NCBI GenBank assembly: GCA_965222155.1 | Contig: CBDCTH010000012.1 | Span: 3,232,001 to 3,296,000, forward strand | Source: Gammaproteobacteria bacterium | GTDB taxonomy: Bacteria > Pseudomonadota > Gammaproteobacteria > Eutrophobiales > Eutrophobiaceae | Direction of reading: 5' to 3' | Length of the DNA stretch: 64,000 nt | Shown here: piece by piece, positions 50,542 to 59,696 of the stretch | Numbering within the stretch: the first letter of the stretch is position 1 | Layout of the letters: every line of letters starts with the position of its first letter | The notes under the pieces: model-generated | The model's database searches: none | Seen by the model: the letters and a program-made list of their open reading frames with translations, nothing else | Told to the model about the DNA's origin: nothing | Position numbers and translations under genes: made by a program

Positions 50542-50577
50542 TAACGTTTTTGGTACCAAATCTGGTTAAATATTACC
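50542..50577 (-). promoter_or_regulatory. Second copy of the GGTACC promoter/operator, upstream of coxG-S-M
   Basis: Matches 44163-44198. Confidence 0.75.
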
Positions 50578-50712
50578 TGTTTATAAGCAGTATGCAAAGC
50601 TTTTTCGTCCAAATTATATAATTCAGACTAGGCATTACAAACCCTCAGTCACATCAGGACATTGATTAATAAAGGTTTTTTAGCTCGTCAGGGCGCTAAA
50701 CCGCCGAAGTCG

Positions 50713-50859
50713 AGACAAACGCCGGAAAGGCGCCAAAATGATCTTTATTGTTAACTGACCGTACAGGTGCCGGTAAGGATCGTCCCGCCGCCGTCATGCC
50801 GGCGAATGCCGGAATCCAGTAAACAAAATGTTCATTACAACCCCGTATCTGGATAACCG
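50713..50859 (+). repeat. Direct repeat, right copy
   Basis: Homologous to 22873-23044. Confidence 0.85.
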
Positions 50860-50965
50860 ACAATCTTTGTAGTATAACAACATCCTTGTGACCGGGTACC
50901 GGACATTCCCTGTCCGGTATGACGATAATCCGTTGATTCAGGAATGGACCTGGAGAAAGCACAGC

Positions 50966-51452
50966 AATTCCCGCTAACTCCCGGGACCGAGGGCATCCTG
51001 CCCTAGCCCGGATTTCTCACCAGGTGATGCGATGATCGCGCCGGATTTTTGATGTGCGCCTTCCCTGGCGCACCCCCTACGGGCGCCCTGCGGGCGTCCA
51101 AATCTGCTCCGGGCAGATTTGTGACCGCCAGCGGGTGCCGGAGCCTGCCCCGTACTTGATACGGGGACCGAAAGTATAGCTGTAGCTCTGGTTGAGGGAG
51201 CATGTGCCCGCTGGCGGCAAAAAGACAAGCGAGGGCGCATCAAGCGCAGTCTGTAATGACGGGATATTGAGAATTTTACCATAACTTATTGATAGCACAT
51301 TGACGTTTCCGATAGCAGCTAGCGACCTGGTGAGAAATCCGGGCTAGTGGAGGTCGAGACGCCCTCCCGCCCAGGGAAACATGTCCCTTCATGGTCAAAG
51401 TATGCCCGAATCCGGCAATAATCACTGTATTGACCTCGATTTAGCAGGAGCA
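50966..51452 (-). mobile_element. Element B, copy 3, interrupted by MITE C
   Basis: 50966-51006 plus 51348-51452 rejoin to match copies 1 and 2; lacks the family A palindrome. Confidence 0.82.
51003..51347 (-). mobile_element. MITE (element C, copy 2) with CTAG duplication; contains family D copy 5 (51052-51123) and a CCCCGTACTTGATACGGGG hairpin insert
   Basis: CTAGCCCGGATTTCTCACCAGGT ... ACCTGGTGAGAAATCCGGGCTAG. Confidence 0.9.
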
Positions 51453-51589
51453 CCCGGAGAAAGCAGGGCAACACAGACTGTACTCATATAATGGTGATAT
51501 ACTGCTGCTTAGAATTAATATGCCTGTCCGTGTCGTAATGATGTTCCTCCAGCAGGTTTCGGGCAGCGCGGTTTGAGTGGAGAGAAGCA

Positions 51590-52663
51590 GTGGCGCAACC
51601 TGGTGGGAAATTCATGAAAGGCAGAGGCACATCCTCGAAGGTCGATGCCCGGTTTCTTGAACATCGGCGTCATGAGGTTGATGACGGTTGGACCCCCGAG
51701 CCGGGTGAAGAGACCGTCGCGACGCAAATCTTCCAGGAGACCGCACGCACGATCATTACCCGCAACCAATCCCCGGATATCCCGTTTGAGACTTCAATTA
51801 ATGCCTACAGGGGTTGTGAGCATGGTTGTGTCTATTGTTACGCCCGGCCCAGCCATGCCTACGTCGATTTGTCGCCGGGAATAGATTTTGAAACAAAGAT
51901 ATTTGCTAAAACCAACGCTGCGGAATTATTGCGAAGCGAGTTGGGGAAACCCCGCTACATATGCAAACCCATCGCTATGGGGACGAATACAGACCCGTAT
52001 CAACCCATCGAACGACAGCTTCATATCACCAGGGACATTATCCAGGTCTTGCATGATTGCCAGCACCCATTATCCATCGTCACCAAATCCTGGCTAATCG
52101 AAAGGGACCTGGATTTACTCCAACCCATGGCGGAGCAAGGCCTGGTAAAGGTATTCCTGTCCATCACGTCACTACGGAATGACCTGTCACGTCGACTGGA
52201 ACCACGGGCTGCCTCTCCAAGTCGCCGCCTGAAAGCCGTGGATACCCTGAACCGCGCCAGCGTACCTGCAGGCGTCATGTTTGCTCCTGTCATCCCCTTC
52301 ATCAATGATGCGGAAATGGAAACCGTACTGGAACAGGCCGCCGCGGCCAGCGCCAGGACGGCAGGATACGTGATATTGCGGCTGCCGAATGAGGTCAAGC
52401 AACTGTTTCGCGAGTGGCTGGAAACCCATGAACCGGGAAAAACGGAGCATGTTTTCAGTATCATCCGCGACCTGAGGTCCGGCCGGGAAAACGATCCTGA
52501 CTATTTCACTCGAATGCGCGGTAAAGGCGTGTTTGCCGATTTAGTCCAAAAACGGTTTCGAAATGCCTGCCGGAAATTCGGGTTAAACAACGGCCGGGGC
52601 GAGTTGAACACCGCGCTGTTCAAACCCCCTGTACTCTCGGACCGGCAACAATCCTTGTTTTAG
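51590..52663 (+). CDS. PA0069/SplB-like radical SAM protein
   Basis: SPDIPF..SIN.YRGCEHGC.YCYARP, GTNTDPYQP.E, LEPRA. Confidence 0.93.
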   Translation: MAQPGGKFMKGRGTSSKVDARFLEHRRHEVDDGWTPEPGEETVATQIFQETARTIITRNQSPDIPFETSINAYRGCEHGCVYCYARPSHAYVDLSPGIDFETKIFAKTNAAELLRSELGKPRYICKPIAMGTNTDPYQPIERQLHITRDIIQVLHDCQHPLSIVTKSWLIERDLDLLQPMAEQGLVKVFLSITSLRNDLSRRLEPRAASPSRRLKAVDTLNRASVPAGVMFAPVIPFINDAEMETVLEQAAAASARTAGYVILRLPNEVKQLFREWLETHEPGKTEHVFSIIRDLRSGRENDPDYFTRMRGKGVFADLVQKRFRNACRKFGLNNGRGELNTALFKPPVLSDRQQSLF

Positions 52664-52719
52664 CCGTTTGTAACTTACAATTTATCTGACTGATAATCCG
52701 TTCAGAAAGGGGAGACCAA

Positions 52720-53524
52720 ATGTATATCAACAACCGCCATCATCACGCCCGGCGAGCTTGCTTCCTACTCAGGCGCCGGAGCCAGTGGTTTCAAAGGCTT
52801 CGTCCCTGACGATTCGGGTTCTTTTTCCCGGGAAAACCATGCAATTTACGGTGAACTGGAACTCGAGGTGACCGACAGGATGTTGACTCAGTATGCAGTC
52901 CGCTATGAGGATTTTTCCGATTTCGGCAGCACCATCAACGGCAAGCTGGCGGCGCGTTACGACCTGTTTGACTCCCTGGCTCTGCGTGGCGCCATCTCCA
53001 CGGGGTTCCATGCCCCTACTCCGGGCCAGTCCAACGCCCGGAAAGTCACCACCACCTTTGACGCCAACCTTAACGTATCGGTGGAAGAGGGGACGCTCCC
53101 CCCGGGTCACCCCCTGGTGCAGTCCGCCGGCAGCGGACGTGGAAGATATTGAAAACAGCTATCCGAACGAGCGCTTTGTCGTCAGCGCGTTCACTTCTTT
53201 TTCCGATAAGCTGGACCTGATGATACGCGCCAATTACTATGGGTCGCACTACGACCAAAACGGTACGATTGACGGATCAACTCCTTCCGCCAAAGTCGAC
53301 CCGGTCGTGTTTGTCGACCTGGAACTGGGTTACAATTTCAACGACAACCTGCGCTTCCTGGTGGGCTCGATGAGTTCGTCGGCAAAATCCGCCCGACGGA
53401 TACCTGTGGCAGCAGCGGACTGACCTGCGCCAACCGCTGGAGTCAGGGTATGCCGTACGCGCGCCGCGCCGCGGCGAACTACGAAGGCGGTTCCTGGTAC
53501 GTGCGGGCCGGTTATAGTTGGTGA
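52720..53524 (+). pseudogene. TonB-dependent receptor relic with internal deletions
   Basis: RYEDFSDFGST.NGKLA.RY, STGFHAPT.GQ, VDLELGY, terminal GGSWYVRAGYSW* across several frames. Confidence 0.78.
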
Positions 53525-53538
53525 GAAATGCGGGCTAG
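53519..53538 (+). repeat. Solo terminal repeat of MITE C
   Basis: TGGTGAGAAATGCGGGCTAG, identical to 16451-16470. Confidence 0.8.
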
Positions 53539-53657
53539 ATGCCCACCCCTAATCGACACCCATCAAAACCCACGTTTTTGAACAGTTACCAAACTATCCG
53601 CTCAAAAATGCTAATATATGAGCAGAAACTAATTAAAATCTTCAAAAAAGGCATATT

Positions 53658-54737
53658 TTGAGCACATACTCATTAGCATCATTCCCACCTGAGGGCATTC
53701 TGGAGACCCCCGCCGTATTGCGCGAGTTGGTGCAGGCACACCGTTATCTGGCAGAGTTGAAAGGGGTTGCCCGCACCATTCCCAACGAGCGGTTGCTGGT
53801 CTCTACCTTGTCGTTGCAGGAAGCACAGAGCAGTTCGGAAATCGAAAACATCATTACAACGCAGGATTCCCTGTTTAAATACCAAGTCCGGCCGGAAAGT
53901 TCTGATGCAGCCAGCAAAGAGGTTGCACATTACGTTCAGGGGTTGGACATTGGCTTTCGACAGATGCAAGCACACGGACTTTTGACCTTGAATACGGTGT
54001 TATCGGTGCAGCAGACGCTGCTGGGGAATAATGCCGGGTTTCGCAAAGTACCGGGTACGGTGTTGAAGAATGAGCGTAGCGGGAGAATTGTTTTTGAACC
54101 ACCCTCGCCTGAGTTGGTACCGGGGCTTATGGCGAAACTGGACGCCTTCATTCACGCCGATAGCGAATTGGATCCGTTGGTGCGGATGGCGCTGGTTCAT
54201 CATCAATTTGAGAGTATTCACCCATTTTACGATGGCAATGGTCGCACCGGCCGCATTATCAATATTCTTTTTCTGGTCAAGGAAGGTTTGCTGGATATAC
54301 CCATCCTCTATCTAAGCCGTTATATCAGCCAAACTAAAGCGGATTATTATCGCGGGCTGCAAGCGGTGCGCGATAATAACGAGTGGCAGCCGTGGCTGCT
54401 TTATATGTTGCATGGCGTTGCCTTAACCGCTCGCCATACCGCGCACCTCATAGCTGAAATTGGGGAGTTATTGCAACAGTACAAACAGCGCATCCGTGCT
54501 GACTTCAAGTTCTACAGTCAGGATTTGTTGAACAATATTTTTTGGCACCCCTACACCAAAGCCACATTTCTGGCGCAGGACATGAACGTATCGCGGGCAA
54601 CATCGATACGCTATCTGGATACGCTTGCGGCGGCTGGCATATTGCAAAAAAACCGCCTCGGGAAGGAAAATTATTACATCAATCATGCGTTGGTTAATTT
54701 GTTAGCGAATCCTGCGCCGATATGGGAATTTGAGTGA
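53658..54737 (+). CDS. Fic family protein
   Basis: Canonical HPFYDGNGRTGR; N-terminal SSEIEN inhibitory-type motif; C-terminal HTH; TTG start. Confidence 0.92.
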   Translation: MSTYSLASFPPEGILETPAVLRELVQAHRYLAELKGVARTIPNERLLVSTLSLQEAQSSSEIENIITTQDSLFKYQVRPESSDAASKEVAHYVQGLDIGFRQMQAHGLLTLNTVLSVQQTLLGNNAGFRKVPGTVLKNERSGRIVFEPPSPELVPGLMAKLDAFIHADSELDPLVRMALVHHQFESIHPFYDGNGRTGRIINILFLVKEGLLDIPILYLSRYISQTKADYYRGLQAVRDNNEWQPWLLYMLHGVALTARHTAHLIAEIGELLQQYKQRIRADFKFYSQDLLNNIFWHPYTKATFLAQDMNVSRATSIRYLDTLAAAGILQKNRLGKENYYINHALVNLLANPAPIWEFE

Positions 54738-54856
54738 AATCCACAGAACACAAAACTGCCCAGGCCCGCATACTCAAATACGCGCAGGAAATAGGCTGGA
54801 CGTATGTGCCGCGAGAGCAAGCCGAGCAGTGGCGAGTGAGCCTGCCAACTTGCTGG

Positions 54857-55690
54857 TCAGGACCGGTCGCCGATGCGGTTTCGTAAAATACCGATGCCCG
54901 CAATTTCCAGTTCGACGAGGTCTTTCTCCTTGAAACGCCGGCCAACGTCGATTCCACTGCCGCCGGACGGCGTGCCGGAACCGAAGACTTCTCCCGGATA
55001 AAGGGTTTGTTCACGGGATGCGTATGCAATAAGCTCTGCAAAGCTGTAGTGCATATTGCTCGATGAGTCCTCGGCCCATACCTCCCCATTGACCCGCAGG
55101 ACCATCCGGAGGTTTTGTGGGTCAAGCTCGTCCGCACTGATGATGCAAGGGCCAATCACGTTTGAGCCGTCCCAATCCTTGGCTTTACCGGGTCCCAAAC
55201 CAATGGGCATTTCCACGCGTTGAACATCGCGCGCCGAGACGTCGTTCCAAATTGTGTAGCCGAAGATATAGTCTGCTGCGTTCTCTGCCGTGATATTCCT
55301 GCCTTGCCGTCCAATCACGGCGGCAAGCTCCAACTCGCAGTCCACATAATCGCTGTAGGACGGCCATGGAATGTCTGTTTCCGGGCCGATCACCGTGTCC
55401 GGCATCCCTTTATAATATACCGGAACCTCGTACCACTCCTTCGGCACCGCAAGCCCAAGGCGTTCGTATGATGTTTTAAGGTGACCCTCGAAGGTAATAA
55501 AGTCTCGCAGGCTCCGTGGTCTGAGCGGCGCTAGCAGGCGTGCATCTTTCACCGGAGTTCGGTTCCCTACGGGCGCTCCTGCCTCAATGAACGCCACCAT
55601 GTCTCCCTCAAATCCTGCGTCGTAGACGTAATCCCCATCTATCACGCCAACGTGGGCGTCAGACTCACTGGTATAGGTAACGAATTTCAT
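54857..55690 (-). CDS. Fumarylacetoacetate hydrolase family protein
   Basis: D.ELELAAVIG, GYTIWND.SARD.Q, KAKD.D, GSGT; start at MKFVTY. Confidence 0.92.
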   Translation of the reverse strand: MKFVTYTSESDAHVGVIDGDYVYDAGFEGDMVAFIEAGAPVGNRTPVKDARLLAPLRPRSLRDFITFEGHLKTSYERLGLAVPKEWYEVPVYYKGMPDTVIGPETDIPWPSYSDYVDCELELAAVIGRQGRNITAENAADYIFGYTIWNDVSARDVQRVEMPIGLGPGKAKDWDGSNVIGPCIISADELDPQNLRMVLRVNGEVWAEDSSSNMHYSFAELIAYASREQTLYPGEVFGSGTPSGGSGIDVGRRFKEKDLVELEIAGIGILRNRIGDRS

Positions 55691-55700
55691 CGTAAGCCCG

Positions 55701-56114
55701 CTACACTGCCACCACGGCGATAGCTTCGATCTCGACGAGGAATTCGTCCTTGAACATAGGCACCAGATCGGAGCGAACACAGGCACGCGGAGGTCGCGGT
55801 TCCGGAAAAAAACGGGCATATACTTCGTTCATTGCGGCATAATCATCGTAGTCCTTGAGCCAGACTGTTACCTTGACAACATCCTTGAATGAAGCGCCCA
55901 GACTCTGCAGCACTCCACCGATGTTCTCCAGGGTCTTCTCGGTTTGCGCACGGATGTCGTTTGCGCCGACTAACTCTCCGCGTTCGTTCAAGGCGGCCTG
56001 TCCGGCAGTGAAGACCAGCGGTCCTGCCCGAACCCCCTGTGAAAAATTTGTCGACACGGCAGGCGATTGGCCCGCGCCACCCCCGAACGACCAGTCTCTG
56101 CTTGCGAAATTCAT
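55701..56114 (-). CDS. RidA family protein
   Basis: FSQG, TAGQ, DVVKVTVWL, MNEVY..FF....PPRAC (catalytic Arg present), VEIEAIA. Confidence 0.92.
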   Translation of the reverse strand: MNFASRDWSFGGGAGQSPAVSTNFSQGVRAGPLVFTAGQAALNERGELVGANDIRAQTEKTLENIGGVLQSLGASFKDVVKVTVWLKDYDDYAAMNEVYARFFPEPRPPRACVRSDLVPMFKDEFLVEIEAIAVVAV

Positions 56115-56206
56115 GTTGCCCTCCATATGTTTCACGGCATCAGCACGCGTTTGCCGCATAATTTTTTTGGAATGCGTTCATCCTCAGCGCACTCTATTGA
56201 GAAATA

Positions 56207-57988
56207 TTACCGGTGGGAAAATCGTTCAGTCAACCACCTCAGGATATCTTCGCTCACCCGGTCCTCCCATCCGATCAGGCTGTGGGGAGCACCGTCGTCG
56301 TACCATTTGTAGTCGGCCGGACCGCCGGCCGCGCTGGTGAAGGTCTGCACGAACGGCAGGTCGACAAAGGTATCCTTGTTACCGGCGATGGCGAAGATGG
56401 GAATATCCAGCAGACGGATTTGCTCCGTATGCACCGTCACGGCATCCGGACCCCATTCGGAGAGGAAGCTCTTCGCCGTTTGATGCCACTGGTATGTAAT
56501 GCCGGGCGGCGCCGGTTGCGGCATCAAACCTTCGGCATAAACAATTTGCCTGTCCCCGTTTCCGGCGGCGACCATGGCTTGCGCTTCTGCCACGAGACGG
56601 TCATAGGCTGATATGCCCAGTCCGCGCCTGGCCCAATCCGGCCCATCCCTGGTTGGCGCCAGGTACACGATCCCGATGATCCTGGGGTCGCCGCTGGAAA
56701 CTTTATAATAAGTTGAACGGATGCCACCCCAGCTATGTCCGATCAATATTACGCGGTTGAAACCCCGGTACTCAAGATAATTGACCCAGCCGGCGGTATC
56801 CCGTGCGACTTCCGGGAAGATGGATTTGTAGATCGCCGCTCCGGCCGCCCGGTTGCGGGCCGCAAGCGCGCTATAACCCGCCTGGGCCAAGCGCACCGGC
56901 AACCATTGGCTGGCCGAGCGCATGTTATCGCCTGAATATCCATACAACACCATGAATGCAGGCTTTGAGTAGTCGCCGCCGCTTTCGGGTTGATAGAGCA
57001 TCCCGGATTGTTCCATACCATCCGTCGCCGTGGTATCGACAACCTGCGTGCTTACGCGGGGCCGCGGCCCGAGACCGATCTCTTCCAGCCAGTCAAAGGC
57101 GTCCTGGGCAGCCCGTTCTCGCGCACCCGTAAAAATATGGTCAACGCCTTCATACCAAAGTGAATCTACCCTCGGGCTCTGCACGGCTGCCGTCTTCAGG
57201 GAGTCTTGATAGTCCTTGGTTACGAATGCGTCCGCATCTCCGGAGACCAATAGCAACGGCATGTCAAGCTCGGCGAACCCAACGCTGTTGCGCGTCCGAG
57301 CGGCAGGCCCCCACCAGTCAAGCCAGGTAGCGGCGCTTTGGAGAAAGCCCCTCGCTATTCCGGGAGGAGCAGGCGGCGGCATCTCAAAAGTATCGAATAC
57401 ATATTCGTCACCCCGGCCTTCGGACACCAGCGTGGACAGTCGTTCGACGATTTGCTTGTAGCGTTCCTCACCGAATCCGGCGCGCGCCCACTTTGGCATG
57501 TCCCGGGTTGGCGCATAATGAATCATGGCCTTGATCCGTGGATCACGCGTGTCTATCCAGTACCGTGTGATACGGATAGACCCCAGGCTGTGACCGACCA
57601 GAATGATGTCTGTCATACCCATCTGGGAGAGCCAGTCCACAGCGGCTTTTACGTCCAGCGTGGCTTTCTCGAAGGGTATATTTAGATGACCGGCAGAGTG
57701 TCGAGACAGGATACTGAGACCCGTATAACCCTTCGCTGCAAGCGGCTCCGCCACGAAGCGTGGAGCACCCAACGCCTGCACGGGACTTCCGCCGATCCCA
57801 TGGTAGTAGATGACCGCCGGTGAATGCGTGTTGATGCCTGCGCTGGGGTAGTTCAATAGCGCGGGGACGCTCACGCCGTCATCGGCCTTGAGTGTCATCA
57901 CTTCCTGGATAAAGCCTCGATTGTCCCCAGCGGCTATCGGCAGACTAACAAGCAGGGCGGCAGCCACAATGAGATGACCCCCATTCAC
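56207..57988 (-). CDS. Exported protein with two tandem alpha/beta-hydrolase domains
   Basis: GHSLG and GHSWG nucleophile elbows, duplicated APTRD.P.WAR.G and P.PAPPGI. An RBS-preceded ATG at 58007 is one base out of frame, so the 5' end may be frameshifted. Confidence 0.8.
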   Translation of the reverse strand: MNGGHLIVAAALLVSLPIAAGDNRGFIQEVMTLKADDGVSVPALLNYPSAGINTHSPAVIYYHGIGGSPVQALGAPRFVAEPLAAKGYTGLSILSRHSAGHLNIPFEKATLDVKAAVDWLSQMGMTDIILVGHSLGSIRITRYWIDTRDPRIKAMIHYAPTRDMPKWARAGFGEERYKQIVERLSTLVSEGRGDEYVFDTFEMPPPAPPGIARGFLQSAATWLDWWGPAARTRNSVGFAELDMPLLLVSGDADAFVTKDYQDSLKTAAVQSPRVDSLWYEGVDHIFTGARERAAQDAFDWLEEIGLGPRPRVSTQVVDTTATDGMEQSGMLYQPESGGDYSKPAFMVLYGYSGDNMRSASQWLPVRLAQAGYSALAARNRAAGAAIYKSIFPEVARDTAGWVNYLEYRGFNRVILIGHSWGGIRSTYYKVSSGDPRIIGIVYLAPTRDGPDWARRGLGISAYDRLVAEAQAMVAAGNGDRQIVYAEGLMPQPAPPGITYQWHQTAKSFLSEWGPDAVTVHTEQIRLLDIPIFAIAGNKDTFVDLPFVQTFTSAAGGPADYKWYDDGAPHSLIGWEDRVSEDILRWLTERFSHR

Positions 57989-58455
57989 CCATTATTACCT
58001 TCTTCATAGTGCCCTCAGTATTATTTCGGCGTGAAAAGATACAGCAATATAACACCTGTCCATACCAGATTCCTCTATCGCCCGTATCCGGGTGGGCCTG
58101 CCCATGGTCAACGTGACCAGTATCGTCATCGAGACACACACGCCAACCAACACCGGCAGTAAAAAGGCAATGCCGGATATAACAATGACTTTTTTAGTAT
58201 AAAGTACACAATATAAGGGATTTACAGTTGACATTCCCCCCGCATGGCGTGCTGCTGTAGCTTATTCGCATTTTTAATTCTCACCTTTATCTTATGGTTA
58301 GGAGTCCCTGAGACAGCCCAGGCCGCTGCCAGTGCCTGTATTTTTACTCTGACCCCAAATTTCGGAATGGTAACCAGATCGGAATAGTGGTTCTACTTCC
58401 AATCCGAGAAAATAACACCTGTTTTATTTTCTCCTGATTCGTTAAAATTACTCCC

Positions 58456-59685
58456 ATGAAAATATCCATGTTCCACCTTATGCCGTATCGGGAACTGCCG
58501 GAGGGGTTTGAGAAAGTATACCCCTCTGCCTGGTTCACCCTGCCGTTTCCCAAGGTGGCCGATGCCAACAAGGCCGCGCAATACTACAACTGGACGCTGG
58601 ATGAACTTCAGTTTGCGGCAGAGTCCGGGTTTGACGGTGTTTGCACCAATGAGCACCATCAGAATGCGTACGGTTTCATGGTCAATCCCAATATGATGGG
58701 TTCGGTATTGGCGCGGGCGACCCGTGGAACCCGTACTGCCATTATCCAGATGGGTGAAACGGCTGTTTTCCTCAATCCGCCTATTCGCGTCGCCGAGGAA
58801 TACGCCATGCTGGATTGCATCAGCGAAGGTCGTATGGTTGCCGGATTTCCCGTAGGCCTGGGCGGCGACTTTGCCCATAGCTACGGTTTTGCGCCTATGG
58901 AGCAGCGCGGTCGCTATCGCGAAGCCCATGAGTTGATCACAAAAGCCTGGCAAGCTGAGGACGTGTTCGCATGGAATGGCAAATATTATCAATTGCCCAT
59001 GGTCAGTACCTGGCCCCGACCCGTACAAAAACCCCACCCACCCATCTGGGTGCCGGGCAACGCCAGTCCCAGCACCTGGGACTTTGTCCTGCAAAATGAT
59101 TATTGCTATTGCTACCTGACCTATTTCGGCGCCAAGGGGGCTGACAAAACCGTCGGGGGTTACTGGAAACGGGCTGAAGAACTGGGCCGGGACAATAATC
59201 CTTACCGGCTTGGCTACCTGATCCCCGTAGGCGTCGCTGAGAGCGATGCGGTCGCGGATAATATCTACGCAAAACATATCGAATATTTCTATCACAAGCT
59301 GCTGCACATCCCGGAGGCCCTGTTCATGCCGCCGGGCCACATGACCCACAGCAGCCTGAATTACTTGATTACCAAACGACCGTTGCCGCCTTTCGATACG
59401 CTGAAGAAGAACAGCTACAAGGATTTCAAGGAAAACGAATACCTGGTAACCGGCAGCGCCGACCGCGTGACGGAGCAACTACTGGGTATTATCAAACGCC
59501 TGCGTGTCGGTAACCTGATGTTACTACCCCAGTTCGGCTCCATGTCCCACGAAGAGACCATGGAAAATATCGACCGGCTGGCTAAAGACGTGCTGCCCCA
59601 CCTGCGCGGCGTCTGGGATGACGAAGGCTGGGAAAATCACTGGTGGCCGGAAAACTGTAAACAACCAACCCGGCAGGTTGCCTGA
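58456..59685 (+). CDS. Luciferase-like (LLM) flavin-dependent monooxygenase
   Basis: GFDG...NEHHQ, P.RVAEEYAMLD..S.GR, WPRP.QKPHPPIW. Confidence 0.92.
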   Translation: MKISMFHLMPYRELPEGFEKVYPSAWFTLPFPKVADANKAAQYYNWTLDELQFAAESGFDGVCTNEHHQNAYGFMVNPNMMGSVLARATRGTRTAIIQMGETAVFLNPPIRVAEEYAMLDCISEGRMVAGFPVGLGGDFAHSYGFAPMEQRGRYREAHELITKAWQAEDVFAWNGKYYQLPMVSTWPRPVQKPHPPIWVPGNASPSTWDFVLQNDYCYCYLTYFGAKGADKTVGGYWKRAEELGRDNNPYRLGYLIPVGVAESDAVADNIYAKHIEYFYHKLLHIPEALFMPPGHMTHSSLNYLITKRPLPPFDTLKKNSYKDFKENEYLVTGSADRVTEQLLGIIKRLRVGNLMLLPQFGSMSHEETMENIDRLAKDVLPHLRGVWDDEGWENHWWPENCKQPTRQVA

Positions 59686-59696
59686 GGGAAACCGTC

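Noticed and set aside
54764-54778. Possible second MITE C end (GCCCGCATACTCA) making fic a composite element
   Set aside because: Short imperfect match, no CTAG and no target duplication.
58004-58234. 76-aa hydrophobic ORF upstream of the double hydrolase
   Set aside because: AT-rich and probably promoter sequence; no family evidence.
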